Source of the DNA: an uncultured bacterium
GTDB lineage: Bacteria > Chloroflexota > Dehalococcoidia > Lucifugimonadales > UBA3495
Reading direction: 5' to 3'
NCBI GenBank assembly: GCA_963997925.1
Contig: CAXEOX010000002.1
Span: forward strand, 8,586 to 72,585
Length of the DNA: 64,000 nucleotides
This document shows positions 44,840-53,529 of this stretch, piece after piece. Both the position numbers and the translations under genes were made by a program. Each line of letters begins with the position of its first letter. Position 1 is the stretch's first letter. The notes below the pieces were generated by a model. That model saw only the letters and a program-made list of their open reading frames with translations, was not told where the DNA came from and did no database searches.

Positions 44840-44985
44840 GATAGGCCCGGAGCCGATGACCAGTACCTTCCCAGGTTTTCCCGAGATGCTAATCCCTTTA
44901 CTCCCTTTAATTACCGTCGTACCAACGACGAACCACCGAGGTAACGTCGACGCACCAGCGGACCGGCATTATTGCCTATGAATCT

Positions 44986-45402
44986 CTAAGAGGTTGGTAG
45001 GAGGCCCGGCAACGTGATTAGCTCCTTTTTTTGGAGCATGTTTAACGTTTGAAAGATAAATGATCCCAAGAAATTGCCGCCGGGGTCACACTCCGAGTAA
45101 TTGGAAGGGTCTTCCCGGTCCCTCGGCGGGATACGGACGACTACTTCCCCGTAGTTTTGAGCTTCCAGCTCGACACGGCCCACCGTGGGCCGCTCCCAGT
45201 CTCGGTGTTGCGAGTTAATCAATTTGATCGACAAGTCCCACCGGACTCCCAGCTCGGTCCTGCCTGGAGTGAGCTGGTATTCGTGACCGGAATGTTGAAA
45301 CCAGGGTACCTCTTCATCAAAGAGCGATACAACGCTCATCAAGTCGCCAGGAATCTCCACCTCCACACCCTCTTCCACCAACACCAAGGAGAATGAAGAC
45401 AT
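44986..45402 (-). CDS. Hypothetical protein (138 aa) inserted between carA and carB
   Basis: Clean ORF with GGAGGT 9 nt upstream of the ATG. No family recognised. Flanked by AT-richer spacers. Confidence 0.55.
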   Translation of the reverse strand: MSSFSLVLVEEGVEVEIPGDLMSVVSLFDEEVPWFQHSGHEYQLTPGRTELGVRWDLSIKLINSQHRDWERPTVGRVELEAQNYGEVVVRIPPRDREDPSNYSECDPGGNFLGSFIFQTLNMLQKKELITLPGLLPTS

Positions 45403-45520
45403 TTGGTTACCTCCAATATATTCCTATAAGTCGTGCAAGGTTTGCTGACCTGGCGTATTTCATAGACTTCCGGTTAGAGCTGTATAGGCGATCCTCCTTT
45501 CAAAAGATTTGGCAAAGTGT

Positions 45521-46624
45521 TTAACCGGCCCCTTGGACCAACTTGAGGAAACGATCGAATAGGTATTCGTTATCGTGGGGCCCCGGCGAACCTTCCGAGT
45601 GGTACTGAATGGTAAATACCGGCAATTCCCGGTGCCTCAGCCCCTCGATGGTATCGTCGTTCAAGTTTATATGGGAAATCTCCAGCCCTGCTGGCAATGA
45701 GTCCGCGCTTACGGCATACCCATGGTTCTGCGCGGTTATGTAAACCCGGCCGTCGCTCAGATCTTTCACCGGATGGTTGCCGCCACGATGACCGAACTTA
45801 AGCTTGAAGGTCTGGGCGCCCATGGCTCTTGCTAGAATCTGGTGGCCCAGGCAGATACCCATCATGGGTACCCTGCCTACTAGCTTCTGCACGTTGGAAA
45901 CCAGGTAGTCCAGCAGTTGAGGGTCGCCTGGTCCCGGCGAAAGCAGGATGCCGTCAGGCTTCATCGCCAGCATTTCTTCCGCTGGCATGGTGGCGGGCAC
46001 AGCTGTGACTTCGCAGCCCCGTTGCCGCAGCAGGCGGAGGATGTTGTATTTCAGGCCGCAATCGGTAACCAGTATCCGGTATCCGGGCGCGCCAGGCTCC
46101 AACGCGGGTTCGTCCCAGGAGTAGTCCTGGTCAGTGGTGACAGTACGGACGAAGTCTACATCGTCGTACCGCGTGGCTTCCGCCAATCTTTCTAAAGCTG
46201 ATTCGGGAGATTCGGTGGTGATGATTCCTGACATCACACCCCGGTTGCGCAACCGACGGGTGATGGCCCTAGTGTCGACGCCGCTGATGCCGGGGATGTT
46301 TTGCGACTTGAGAAATTCGTGCAGCGTCTCATCCGCTCCGGTGTGGCTGGGCTGGTCGCAGTGTTCCCGGACGATTAGCCCGGAGACTTGAATCCTGCGC
46401 GATTCGAAATCCTCTCTGTTGATGCCGTAGTTGCCCACCAATGGGTAGGTTAGGGTTACCAACTGCCCGGCGTAAGACGGGTCGGTCAGGACTTCCTGGT
46501 ACCCGGTCATGCTAGTGTTGAACACCACCTCGCCGTTGCCGCCGGATTCCGACCCAAAGGCCTCTCCCCGGTGGATCGAGCCGTCTTCCAGCACCAGATG
46601 CGCTTGCTTAAACAACTGCGCCAT
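45521..46624 (-). CDS. carA: Carbamoyl-phosphate synthase small (glutaminase) subunit
   Basis: MAQLFKQAHLVLEDGSIHRGEAFG.., GICLGHQ catalytic Cys, HRGGNHPV. The ATG at 46624 overlaps the pyrC stop by 17 nt; a TTG at 46660 is an alternative start. Confidence 0.92.
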   Translation of the reverse strand: MAQLFKQAHLVLEDGSIHRGEAFGSESGGNGEVVFNTSMTGYQEVLTDPSYAGQLVTLTYPLVGNYGINREDFESRRIQVSGLIVREHCDQPSHTGADETLHEFLKSQNIPGISGVDTRAITRRLRNRGVMSGIITTESPESALERLAEATRYDDVDFVRTVTTDQDYSWDEPALEPGAPGYRILVTDCGLKYNILRLLRQRGCEVTAVPATMPAEEMLAMKPDGILLSPGPGDPQLLDYLVSNVQKLVGRVPMMGICLGHQILARAMGAQTFKLKFGHRGGNHPVKDLSDGRVYITAQNHGYAVSADSLPAGLEISHINLNDDTIEGLRHRELPVFTIQYHSEGSPGPHDNEYLFDRFLKLVQGAG

Positions 46625-47966
46625 CCTCGTACACGAACCGGCCTTGTACCATGGTGGCAATGACCTGCCCTTTCAGCGTGGCGCCCTGCAGCGGAGTGTT
46701 CTTGCCCATGGACTGGAACTCGTTGGGGTCTACCACCCACTCCAGGTCGGGATCGAAGATAACGATGTCAGCCGTCGAACCCGGCGCCAGGGTTGATAGA
46801 TGGTCGAAGGAATCACCTAACACTCGGGCGGGACCCACAGTCATCCTTTCCACCAGAGCGTTCAGAGTCATGTGTCCACCGTGGACCAGTTGTAAAGCCG
46901 ACCCCAAGGCGGTTTCTAGGACGCTGATGCCTGAAGGAGCGTCCTGGTAAGTCACCAGTTTGCTGATTAGTTCGTGGGGAGCATGGTCGGTGGCGATACA
47001 GTCTATCGTCCCTTCGGCCAAGCCCTGCACCAAGGCGTCTACGTCACGCTGGCCGCGCAAAGGCGGGTAGACCTTGGTTAACGTATCGTAGGCGAATGTT
47101 CCGCCCGCACCGGTCCCTGCCGATTGCCCGCCCAATACCCATTCGTCGGTAATGGTCAGGTGGTGGGGGCAGACCTCAGCCGTGACCGGGATGCCACGTT
47201 CTCTGGCTTGCTTCACCAGCGGTACGCTACCGGCGGTGCTGAGGTGGGCCAGGTGTATCCGGCCACCGGTTAGTTCTGCCAAGGCGACGTCCCGGGCCAT
47301 CATGGCCTCTTCCACAGCGGACGGGATGCCCGGAAGCCCCAACCGGGTGGCAACCCGGCCTTCGGCCATCACTCCATCGCGGGACAATGATCGGTCCTGG
47401 CAGTGGTTGGTGACGGGCAGACCAAGGTCGGAACTGTAGGTAAGCGCCAGCCGCATCAGGTTGGGGTCTTCCACCGGGTCGCCGTCGTCGCTAAAAGCCA
47501 CGACCCCGGCGACGGCCAGTTCTTCCATCTCGGATAGCTCTTTCCCTTTGCGGCCTTTGGTGACGCAACCGATGGGGAACACCCGGACGATACCTTCGTC
47601 CCTGGCCCGCTGCAGGATGAATTCCACCATGGCGGAGTTGTCTATGGGCGGGTCGGTGTTGGGCATACAGCAGATGCTGGTGAAGCCGCCACGGGCCGCA
47701 GCCCTGGTTCCGGCGGCGATGGTCTCTTTGTACTCGAAGCCCGGCTCACGCAGGTGGCAGTGGATGTCTATGAAGCCCGGACTGGCTACTTTGCCAGCGG
47801 CCTCGACGACGCGGCAGCCTTCAGGGATGTCGTCGGAGGATATCTGTCCGGACGCCAAGATAGCTCCGTTCCGAACGAGGATGTCTCCAACCTCGTCCAC
47901 CCCTCGGCCGGGGTCGATGATGCGCGGGCCTTTTATCAGTATCGTGTCAGAAGTCAATCCGAACAC
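46608..47966 (-). CDS. pyrC: Dihydroorotase
   Basis: FIDIHCHLREPG, ..CMPNT.P.., VFSDDG, ATDHAPH. The GTG start abuts the pyrB stop. Confidence 0.92.
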   Translation of the reverse strand: MFGLTSDTILIKGPRIIDPGRGVDEVGDILVRNGAILASGQISSDDIPEGCRVVEAAGKVASPGFIDIHCHLREPGFEYKETIAAGTRAAARGGFTSICCMPNTDPPIDNSAMVEFILQRARDEGIVRVFPIGCVTKGRKGKELSEMEELAVAGVVAFSDDGDPVEDPNLMRLALTYSSDLGLPVTNHCQDRSLSRDGVMAEGRVATRLGLPGIPSAVEEAMMARDVALAELTGGRIHLAHLSTAGSVPLVKQARERGIPVTAEVCPHHLTITDEWVLGGQSAGTGAGGTFAYDTLTKVYPPLRGQRDVDALVQGLAEGTIDCIATDHAPHELISKLVTYQDAPSGISVLETALGSALQLVHGGHMTLNALVERMTVGPARVLGDSFDHLSTLAPGSTADIVIFDPDLEWVVDPNEFQSMGKNTPLQGATLKGQVIATMVQGRFVYEDGAVV

Positions 47967-48986
47967 CTATGCTCCCCCACCGGCAGACAGGTGGTAGAGG
48001 AGGGCCATGCGGATGGCCACTCCGTTGGTTACCTGCCGTTCTATGACGGACCTGCCGCCGTGGGCCAGGGTGGAGCTTATCTCTATGCCCTCATTCATCG
48101 GGCCGGGGTGCATAATCATTACGTCTGGGTTGGACCGTCCCAAGCGGGCCTCGGTTACCTGCCATCGGCGGATGTACTCTCGCATGCTGGGCAAAAAGCC
48201 GCCGTTCTGTCGTTCCGCTTGCAATCTCAGAGCCATCACTACGTCGGCCCCTTCGAGGGCTTGGTCCAGATTGGTTTCGACCTGGACGGACGCCAGAGGC
48301 TCATCATTGGCCGGGACGCCGCTGGGCCGGAGCATGTCCAAGGGCAGCAGCGTGCTGGGTCCGCAAAGGACCACCTGCGCCCCCATCTTGGCGAATCCCC
48401 AGATGTTGGAGCGGGCGACTCTGCTGTGCAGGACGTCGCCGACGATGACGACCTTCAGCCCTTCCAGGCGGCCCAGTTTTTCTTTAACCGTGTACAGGTC
48501 CAATAGTGCCTGGGTTGGGTGGGCGTGTATGCCGTCGCCGGCGTTGATTATCCCGACCTTGTCCAAGTGCTGGGCTAGCAAGTAGGGGGCTCCCGAGTGG
48601 GGATGCCGGATGACGATGGTGTCTACGCCCATGGCTTGGATGGTCAGCCCGGTGTTGAGTAACGACTCGCCCTTCTCCGCGCTGCTGCCGGAAGCGGACA
48701 TGTTGATGACATCGGCGCTGAGAATCTTTCCGGCCTCTTCGAACGACATGCGTGTGCGGGTACTGGCTTCATAAAATAGGGTCACGACGACCCGGCCCCG
48801 CAAAGCCGGTACTTTCTTGATGTCCCGGTGCAGAACCTCCGACATACCCTCGGCCGACTCCAGAACTTCAAGAATCTCCTGTTGGGAGAAGTCGTCCAAG
48901 TCCAGCACATGACGGCGGCGCTTTAGGCCGCCGGAGGCTATGACCTGAGGTTGGGCTTCGGTTTCTAAGGCGTTTAAGAGGCTCAT
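47967..48986 (-). CDS. pyrB: Aspartate carbamoyltransferase catalytic subunit
   Basis: FYEASTRTR, HPTQALLD, HPGP. Confidence 0.93.
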   Translation of the reverse strand: MSLLNALETEAQPQVIASGGLKRRRHVLDLDDFSQQEILEVLESAEGMSEVLHRDIKKVPALRGRVVVTLFYEASTRTRMSFEEAGKILSADVINMSASGSSAEKGESLLNTGLTIQAMGVDTIVIRHPHSGAPYLLAQHLDKVGIINAGDGIHAHPTQALLDLYTVKEKLGRLEGLKVVIVGDVLHSRVARSNIWGFAKMGAQVVLCGPSTLLPLDMLRPSGVPANDEPLASVQVETNLDQALEGADVVMALRLQAERQNGGFLPSMREYIRRWQVTEARLGRSNPDVMIMHPGPMNEGIEISSTLAHGGRSVIERQVTNGVAIRMALLYHLSAGGGA

Positions 48987-48992
48987 AACTGC

Positions 48993-49529
48993 CTACTCCT
49001 CCACCCGAACGATAGCTACCTCGTCGATCCCGTCGGTCTCCACCAGTCTTACCCGGACGACTTCATCCGGCGCGGTGGGAACGTTCTGACCTACGTAATC
49101 GGCGCGTATGGGCAACTCCCGGTGGCCCCGGTCCAACAGTATGGCAAGCTGGATCTGCTGGGGGCGTCCAAAGTCGTTGAGCGCGTCCATGGCGGCACGG
49201 ACGGTGCGCCCGGTGAATAGCACGTCGTCAACCAGCACTACCTTTTTGCCTTGGATGTCGACGGGGATCCGCGTGGGCCGGATACGGGGACTCATCCTAG
49301 CTTTCACGTCGTCGCGGTAAAGATTGATGTCCAGGTCCGCCACCGGCACTTCACTCCCCTCAAATTCGGTCAGATTGCTGGCCAGGCGCTGGGCCAGATG
49401 GACCCCTCGAGTATGGATGCCCACGACAATCAGATCCTCTGCACCACGGTTTCTTTCCAGAATCTCGTGGGCCACACGGGCCAGAGCCCGCCTGATGTCC
49501 TGGTCATTCATTATCTGCCGGTCTGCCAT
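48993..49529 (-). CDS. pyrR: Bifunctional pyr operon regulator / uracil phosphoribosyltransferase PyrR
   Basis: [16 protein letters not shown]...VVGIHTRGV...[17 protein letters not shown] (PRPP motif); 178 aa. Confidence 0.93.
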   Translation of the reverse strand: MADRQIMNDQDIRRALARVAHEILERNRGAEDLIVVGIHTRGVHLAQRLASNLTEFEGSEVPVADLDINLYRDDVKARMSPRIRPTRIPVDIQGKKVVLVDDVLFTGRTVRAAMDALNDFGRPQQIQLAILLDRGHRELPIRADYVGQNVPTAPDEVVRVRLVETDGIDEVAIVRVEE

Positions 49530-49636
49530 ATGTCCCCATGTGATTCCATTGTCAGATTCGACGAAAATCCGAGCCTAAGTTTGGACCTCTGAGCCTGGGC
49601 CGTCGGTTATGTAATGCAGCCTGGAGGGACCCACGC

Positions 49637-49675
49637 AACAAAAAAACCTTTTGCCCATCGGTTAGCAAAAGGTTT
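49637..49675 (-). terminator. Intrinsic terminator (attenuator) in the pyr leader
   Basis: On the minus strand, AAACCUUUUGC-uaaccgaugg-GCAAAAGGUUU forms a perfect 11-bp stem followed by UUUUUUG. It lies 107 nt upstream of the pyrR ATG and downstream of the PyrR box. Confidence 0.85.
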
Positions 49676-49717
49676 ACGCGCATCCAACCCGCCTTGGTGG
49701 CGGCTTGGGGTGATATG

Positions 49718-49758
49718 GGCGCTAACTTTGCCAGCCTCTCTGGACTGTCTTAAAAGCC
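49718..49758 (-). promoter_or_regulatory. PyrR-binding loop (pyr attenuator anti-antiterminator)
   Basis: The minus strand reads GGCUUUUAAGACAGUCCAGAGAGGCUGGCAAAGUUAGCGCC. It contains the conserved PyrR recognition core UCCAGAGAGG (plus-strand coordinates 49733-45) closed by CAG/CUG. Confidence 0.85.
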
Positions 49759-49927
49759 CGGCCACCCTCATTGAGGACGGCCTCACGACCCTGTTCGATT
49801 AAGTTGTCTAGCTTATGTTAACACACCCCCAGGAGTGGGGGAAGAGGATTCTCGGAATATTTTGCTATGCGTCTTCAGGGTGATACGTTCTTGAACTTAC
49901 CTCACCGTGAGGATGACTTACTCATGA

Positions 49928-50040
49928 CCGTCATTCCGGCGCAGGCCGGAATCCAGTCGCGCTTCGGTTGCTACATGCCACGCCGCAGAAGCAAAATTCC
50001 CTGGGTTCTGGCCTGCGCCGGAACGACGGAGGGCGCTCCA
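49928..50040. repeat. Intergenic repeat, family 6 (GTCATTCCGGCGCAGGCCGGAATCCAG ... CTGGGTTCTGGCCTGCGCCGGAACGACGG)
   Basis: Contains the hairpin ATTCCGGC-GCAG-GCCGGAAT. A second copy with the same order and orientation is at 61838-61920. Confidence 0.75.
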
Positions 50041-50083
50041 GATTCTCTGCGTCGGTCAACAATGATTGAAAGAGGTAAACCCG

Positions 50084-52114
50084 TTACGCCGTCACCCGCT
50101 TCCTGCGGTTCTGGACGTAGTCAACCAGAACGTACTCGCCCAGGTTACTGGAACTGGAGTAGAAGGCCCGTCCCCGGTTGATCCGGGTCAGACGGTCAAC
50201 GAAGTTCACCAGTTGATAGTTGTTCTCCAGCATGAACGTGTTGATCAGGATGTCTTCCTGAGTGCAGCGCTTAACTTCCTTCAGGGTTTCTTGCTCCGTC
50301 CGATAGCTGGGTGGGTAGCTGAAGTAGGCCCGGTCCCCTTCCAGGTGGGCAGTAGGTTCGCCGTCGGTAATCAGCAATATCTGGCGGGTGCTGCCCTTCT
50401 CCTTGTTCAACAGCTTGCGGGCCAGCATCAAGGCGTGATGCAGGTTGGTGCCGGACACCCAGGCATTCCAACTGGATTTGGCCAGGTCTTCCTCTTTAAT
50501 CTCCCGGGCGTAGTCGGAGAAGCCGATGAAATATAGGGAGTCCCGAGGGAATTGGGTGCGAATGAGAGACATCAGTGCCAGGGTCACTTTCTTAGCGGCC
50601 TGGTAATTGTTGAACAGGCCCATCGACCGGCTCTGGTCCAGAAGGACCGCTGTCGAAGACCGGGTCATGTGCTCGTTGCGGTAAATCTCAAAGTCCTGAG
50701 GTTCCATCTTCACCGGCAGTCCCGGACCACCCCGGATGACGGCGTTCTTCAGCGTGGCCTGTAGGTCCACGTGGAATGGGTCGCCGAATTCGTAGGTCTT
50801 GGTTTCGCCCAGGACATCACCGTTGGCTCCCCGGATATCCATCCGGTGATCGCCCAACCGGTCTTTCTTTAGGTTGGCGAAGACTTCTTTCAAGGCCTTC
50901 TGGCCGATACGCCTGATCCCCCGCGCTGTCAGATCCATTTTTTCGTCGGCGGTAACGTAGCCCGCTTCCTGCAACATCTTGCGCAGGCGGTCCATCTCTT
51001 CCCAGGCCTGCCGGGCTTCTTCACCCAGTAACTCGGCCAGCTTTTCCGGGTCCAGTTTATCCAACTCGCCGGTGCGCATGGCTTCTTGTAGCTGCTGCTC
51101 CAGTCGGTCCAAGTCCTGAAGATTTGCCATCATCTCCATGGCTTGTTCCATGGTCAGGCTGTCGTCGCCCAGGAAGGGATACTGGCGGCGCATGTCGTCC
51201 ATGGGCATCAGTTGTTCCATGAGAGATGCGAACTGCTGCATCTGCTGGCGGGTCCCGGGGTCCATAGCCGCCGCCAAGGCGTCCTCCATCTCCTGGCGCA
51301 TCTCCGGCGACATGCTGTCCATCATCGACTGCATCTGCGCCAGTTGTTGTTGGAACATCTCCATGAGTTCGTCGAAGGACTGGGGCGGGTTGTCTCCGAA
51401 GGCGTCGCCAAACTGCTCCATGAAGCCCTGGAAGTCGGGCTCCTTTCCTTCCAGCTTGTCCCGCATCATCTGGTTCATCTGGCGAAGCATCTCCTGCATC
51501 GCCGCCATCTGTTCCGGGGTCATGCCCTGGATCTGGTCCCGCATCTGTTGGCCCATGTTCTGAGCCATCTGGCTCTTGAGCATGTCCAGTAGTTCTTGGA
51601 ATTTTTGCTGGGCCTCCGGGTCCATGAAGTCGTACTCCATGAGTTTCTGGATCTGCCCACCCATGCCCTCGGGTAATGCGTCTAGTTTGTCCTGATTGCG
51701 TTCCGCCCGCTGCTCCAGAAGCTTGTAAAGGCTTTCCTGCTGGGAACGCTCATCTTCCGGTGTGGCCTCAACCTGTTCCTGAGCCTCATCCAAGCGGCGC
51801 TGGATACCGTCCCGCTCCGTTCGGATAATGTCTTCCAGTCGTTCCTTCAGGTCGTCCACCACCGAATCCATGTTGTACTGCTGCATCTGTTGTCGGCGGC
51901 GGTTCTTCAGCTGCTCCATGATGTCGCGCAGACCGGGCATCTGCTGCCCGTCGCGGTCCTGGAACCCTTGGCGCATCATCTCCCGCAGGGCGCGGTTGAC
52001 GTCACCCTGGTTCATGATTTCTTCAGAAAGCCGGTCCATCAGCTCTTCGGCGTCCAAGTCGAAGATTCGCTGAGTGCCGTCCCACTGGGAATAGCGGTAA
52101 GTACGGAAGAGCAT
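50084..52114 (-). CDS. VWA-domain protein with a long Met/Gln/Glu-rich central region (about 676 aa)
   Basis: The ATG at 52114 (GAGG 6 nt upstream) gives MLFRTYRYSQWDGTQ.... The C-terminus has a von Willebrand A fold with MIDAS-like LLDQSRSM...GTNL...ITDGEPT. The earlier GTG at 52162 is less likely. Confidence 0.85.
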   Translation of the reverse strand: MLFRTYRYSQWDGTQRIFDLDAEELMDRLSEEIMNQGDVNRALREMMRQGFQDRDGQQMPGLRDIMEQLKNRRRQQMQQYNMDSVVDDLKERLEDIIRTERDGIQRRLDEAQEQVEATPEDERSQQESLYKLLEQRAERNQDKLDALPEGMGGQIQKLMEYDFMDPEAQQKFQELLDMLKSQMAQNMGQQMRDQIQGMTPEQMAAMQEMLRQMNQMMRDKLEGKEPDFQGFMEQFGDAFGDNPPQSFDELMEMFQQQLAQMQSMMDSMSPEMRQEMEDALAAAMDPGTRQQMQQFASLMEQLMPMDDMRRQYPFLGDDSLTMEQAMEMMANLQDLDRLEQQLQEAMRTGELDKLDPEKLAELLGEEARQAWEEMDRLRKMLQEAGYVTADEKMDLTARGIRRIGQKALKEVFANLKKDRLGDHRMDIRGANGDVLGETKTYEFGDPFHVDLQATLKNAVIRGGPGLPVKMEPQDFEIYRNEHMTRSSTAVLLDQSRSMGLFNNYQAAKKVTLALMSLIRTQFPRDSLYFIGFSDYAREIKEEDLAKSSWNAWVSGTNLHHALMLARKLLNKEKGSTRQILLITDGEPTAHLEGDRAYFSYPPSYRTEQETLKEVKRCTQEDILINTFMLENNYQLVNFVDRLTRINRGRAFYSSSSNLGEYVLVDYVQNRRKRVTA

Positions 52115-52293
52115 TTCAACCTCGTCCCGCCGGATTTGGGCATCCCCGGAAGCTGGTGGCACTCAGTATTGTAGTGCCTTTTATCCGGGGTACTACACAA
52201 GGTGTAACTGAACCATCATACCCCTGAAATTTGAGAAATCGCAAGGCGGGACCACCGTGCTATAATTCCGCCACTCCTAGAGGAGGGCCCAAA

Positions 52294-53520
52294 ATGCTCA
52301 GTCCTTATACTGTGTTGGACTTGACGGACCACCGGGGCGAGTTGACCGCCATGATGCTCGGCGACATGGGCGCCGACGTTATAAAGATCGAACCTCCCCT
52401 AGGCTCATCCAGTCGACAGATGTCTCCGTACCTAGAAGCTGCCCCGGAGACGGAGCAAAGCCTTCAGTTCTTCTCTTATAACCGTAACAAGCGCGGCATC
52501 ACCTTGGACCTTCAATCGGAACCCGGCCGACAGGCTCTGATGTCACTCGTGGAAAAAGCCGACTTTCTTATAGAATCGTCCGAGCCGGGGGAAATGGCTT
52601 CTTTGGGCTTGGGTTTCGACGAGATGCGAAAGCTTAATCCCCGCCTGGTATACGTGGCAATCACCGCCTACGGTCAGGACGGCCTCTATTCCGGGTTCGC
52701 CGCCAACGACCTTACCCTCGCGGCCATGGGCGGACCAATGAGTCTTCAGGGTCACCCGGACCGGCCACCGTTGCGTATCACCGTGCCACAAGTTTGGCTT
52801 CAGGCTTCCGCCGAAGCGGCAGTGGGTGCGATGACCGCCCACGCTCTTATGGTCCAGACCGTCCAGGCCCAGTTCGTCGATGTATCCGCCCAAGCCGCCA
52901 TGGTGTGGACCATGCTTCACGGTATGGCCGCCCATGCCATCCAGGGGTATGACATCAACCGGGGTGGGTCCGAACTACAGCTTGGGGCGATGAAAGTCCC
53001 CGTGGTCTTTGAGTGCGCAGATGGCTACGTGGTGATGATTAACGTTGGCTCCACCATGGTCAAGTTCGTCCACTGGTTAGTCGAAGATGGCATTGTTCCT
53101 CAAGAGTGGATCGACGGCGAGGACTGGCCGACTTATGAACGGCGCTTCCTGCAGGACATGCCGGTGACGTACCCATTGGAAGAGACAGTGGAAGCCACCC
53201 GGCGTTACCTCCGGAAATACACGAAGCGGGAGTTGCTGGAACGGGGACTGCGGGAGGATATCACCATCGCCCCCGTGAGTACTACTGAGGACTTGACCCG
53301 TTTCCGCCAGCTGGAGGAGCGGGGATTTTGGCTTCAGGCCCCGTTGGCTGACGGACGCGGAGTGTCGGTGCCCGGATTGTTCGCCCGTTTGACGAAGACA
53401 CCTATGGACGTGCGGCGTTGGGCACCCACTCTCGGTCAGCACAACGCAGAGATTCTGGGTGAGAAGTTAGGATTATCGGATGGGGAAATCGCCGCAGCTA
53501 CCGGCATAAACAGCGCGTAG
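52294..53520 (+). CDS. CaiB/BaiF family CoA-transferase
   Basis: The ATG at 52294 follows AGGAGG. YTVLDLTDHRGELTAMMLGDMGADVIKIEPP. The ORF-track start at 52231 adds 21 non-conserved-looking residues. Confidence 0.9.
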   Translation: MLSPYTVLDLTDHRGELTAMMLGDMGADVIKIEPPLGSSSRQMSPYLEAAPETEQSLQFFSYNRNKRGITLDLQSEPGRQALMSLVEKADFLIESSEPGEMASLGLGFDEMRKLNPRLVYVAITAYGQDGLYSGFAANDLTLAAMGGPMSLQGHPDRPPLRITVPQVWLQASAEAAVGAMTAHALMVQTVQAQFVDVSAQAAMVWTMLHGMAAHAIQGYDINRGGSELQLGAMKVPVVFECADGYVVMINVGSTMVKFVHWLVEDGIVPQEWIDGEDWPTYERRFLQDMPVTYPLEETVEATRRYLRKYTKRELLERGLREDITIAPVSTTEDLTRFRQLEERGFWLQAPLADGRGVSVPGLFARLTKTPMDVRRWAPTLGQHNAEILGEKLGLSDGEIAAATGINSA

Positions 53521-53529
53521 GAGGAGTTA

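Noticed and set aside
47754-48506. 250-aa plus-strand ORF, with similar long antisense ORFs at 15870-16559, 42338-42949, 36531-37076, 23824-24378 and 18852-19484
   Set aside because: All are antisense to strongly supported genes (pyrB/pyrC, GMC, carB, the PT-rich protein, ggt, and the 352-aa protein). They have the Arg/Gly/His/Val-rich composition typical of spurious ORFs in GC-rich DNA.
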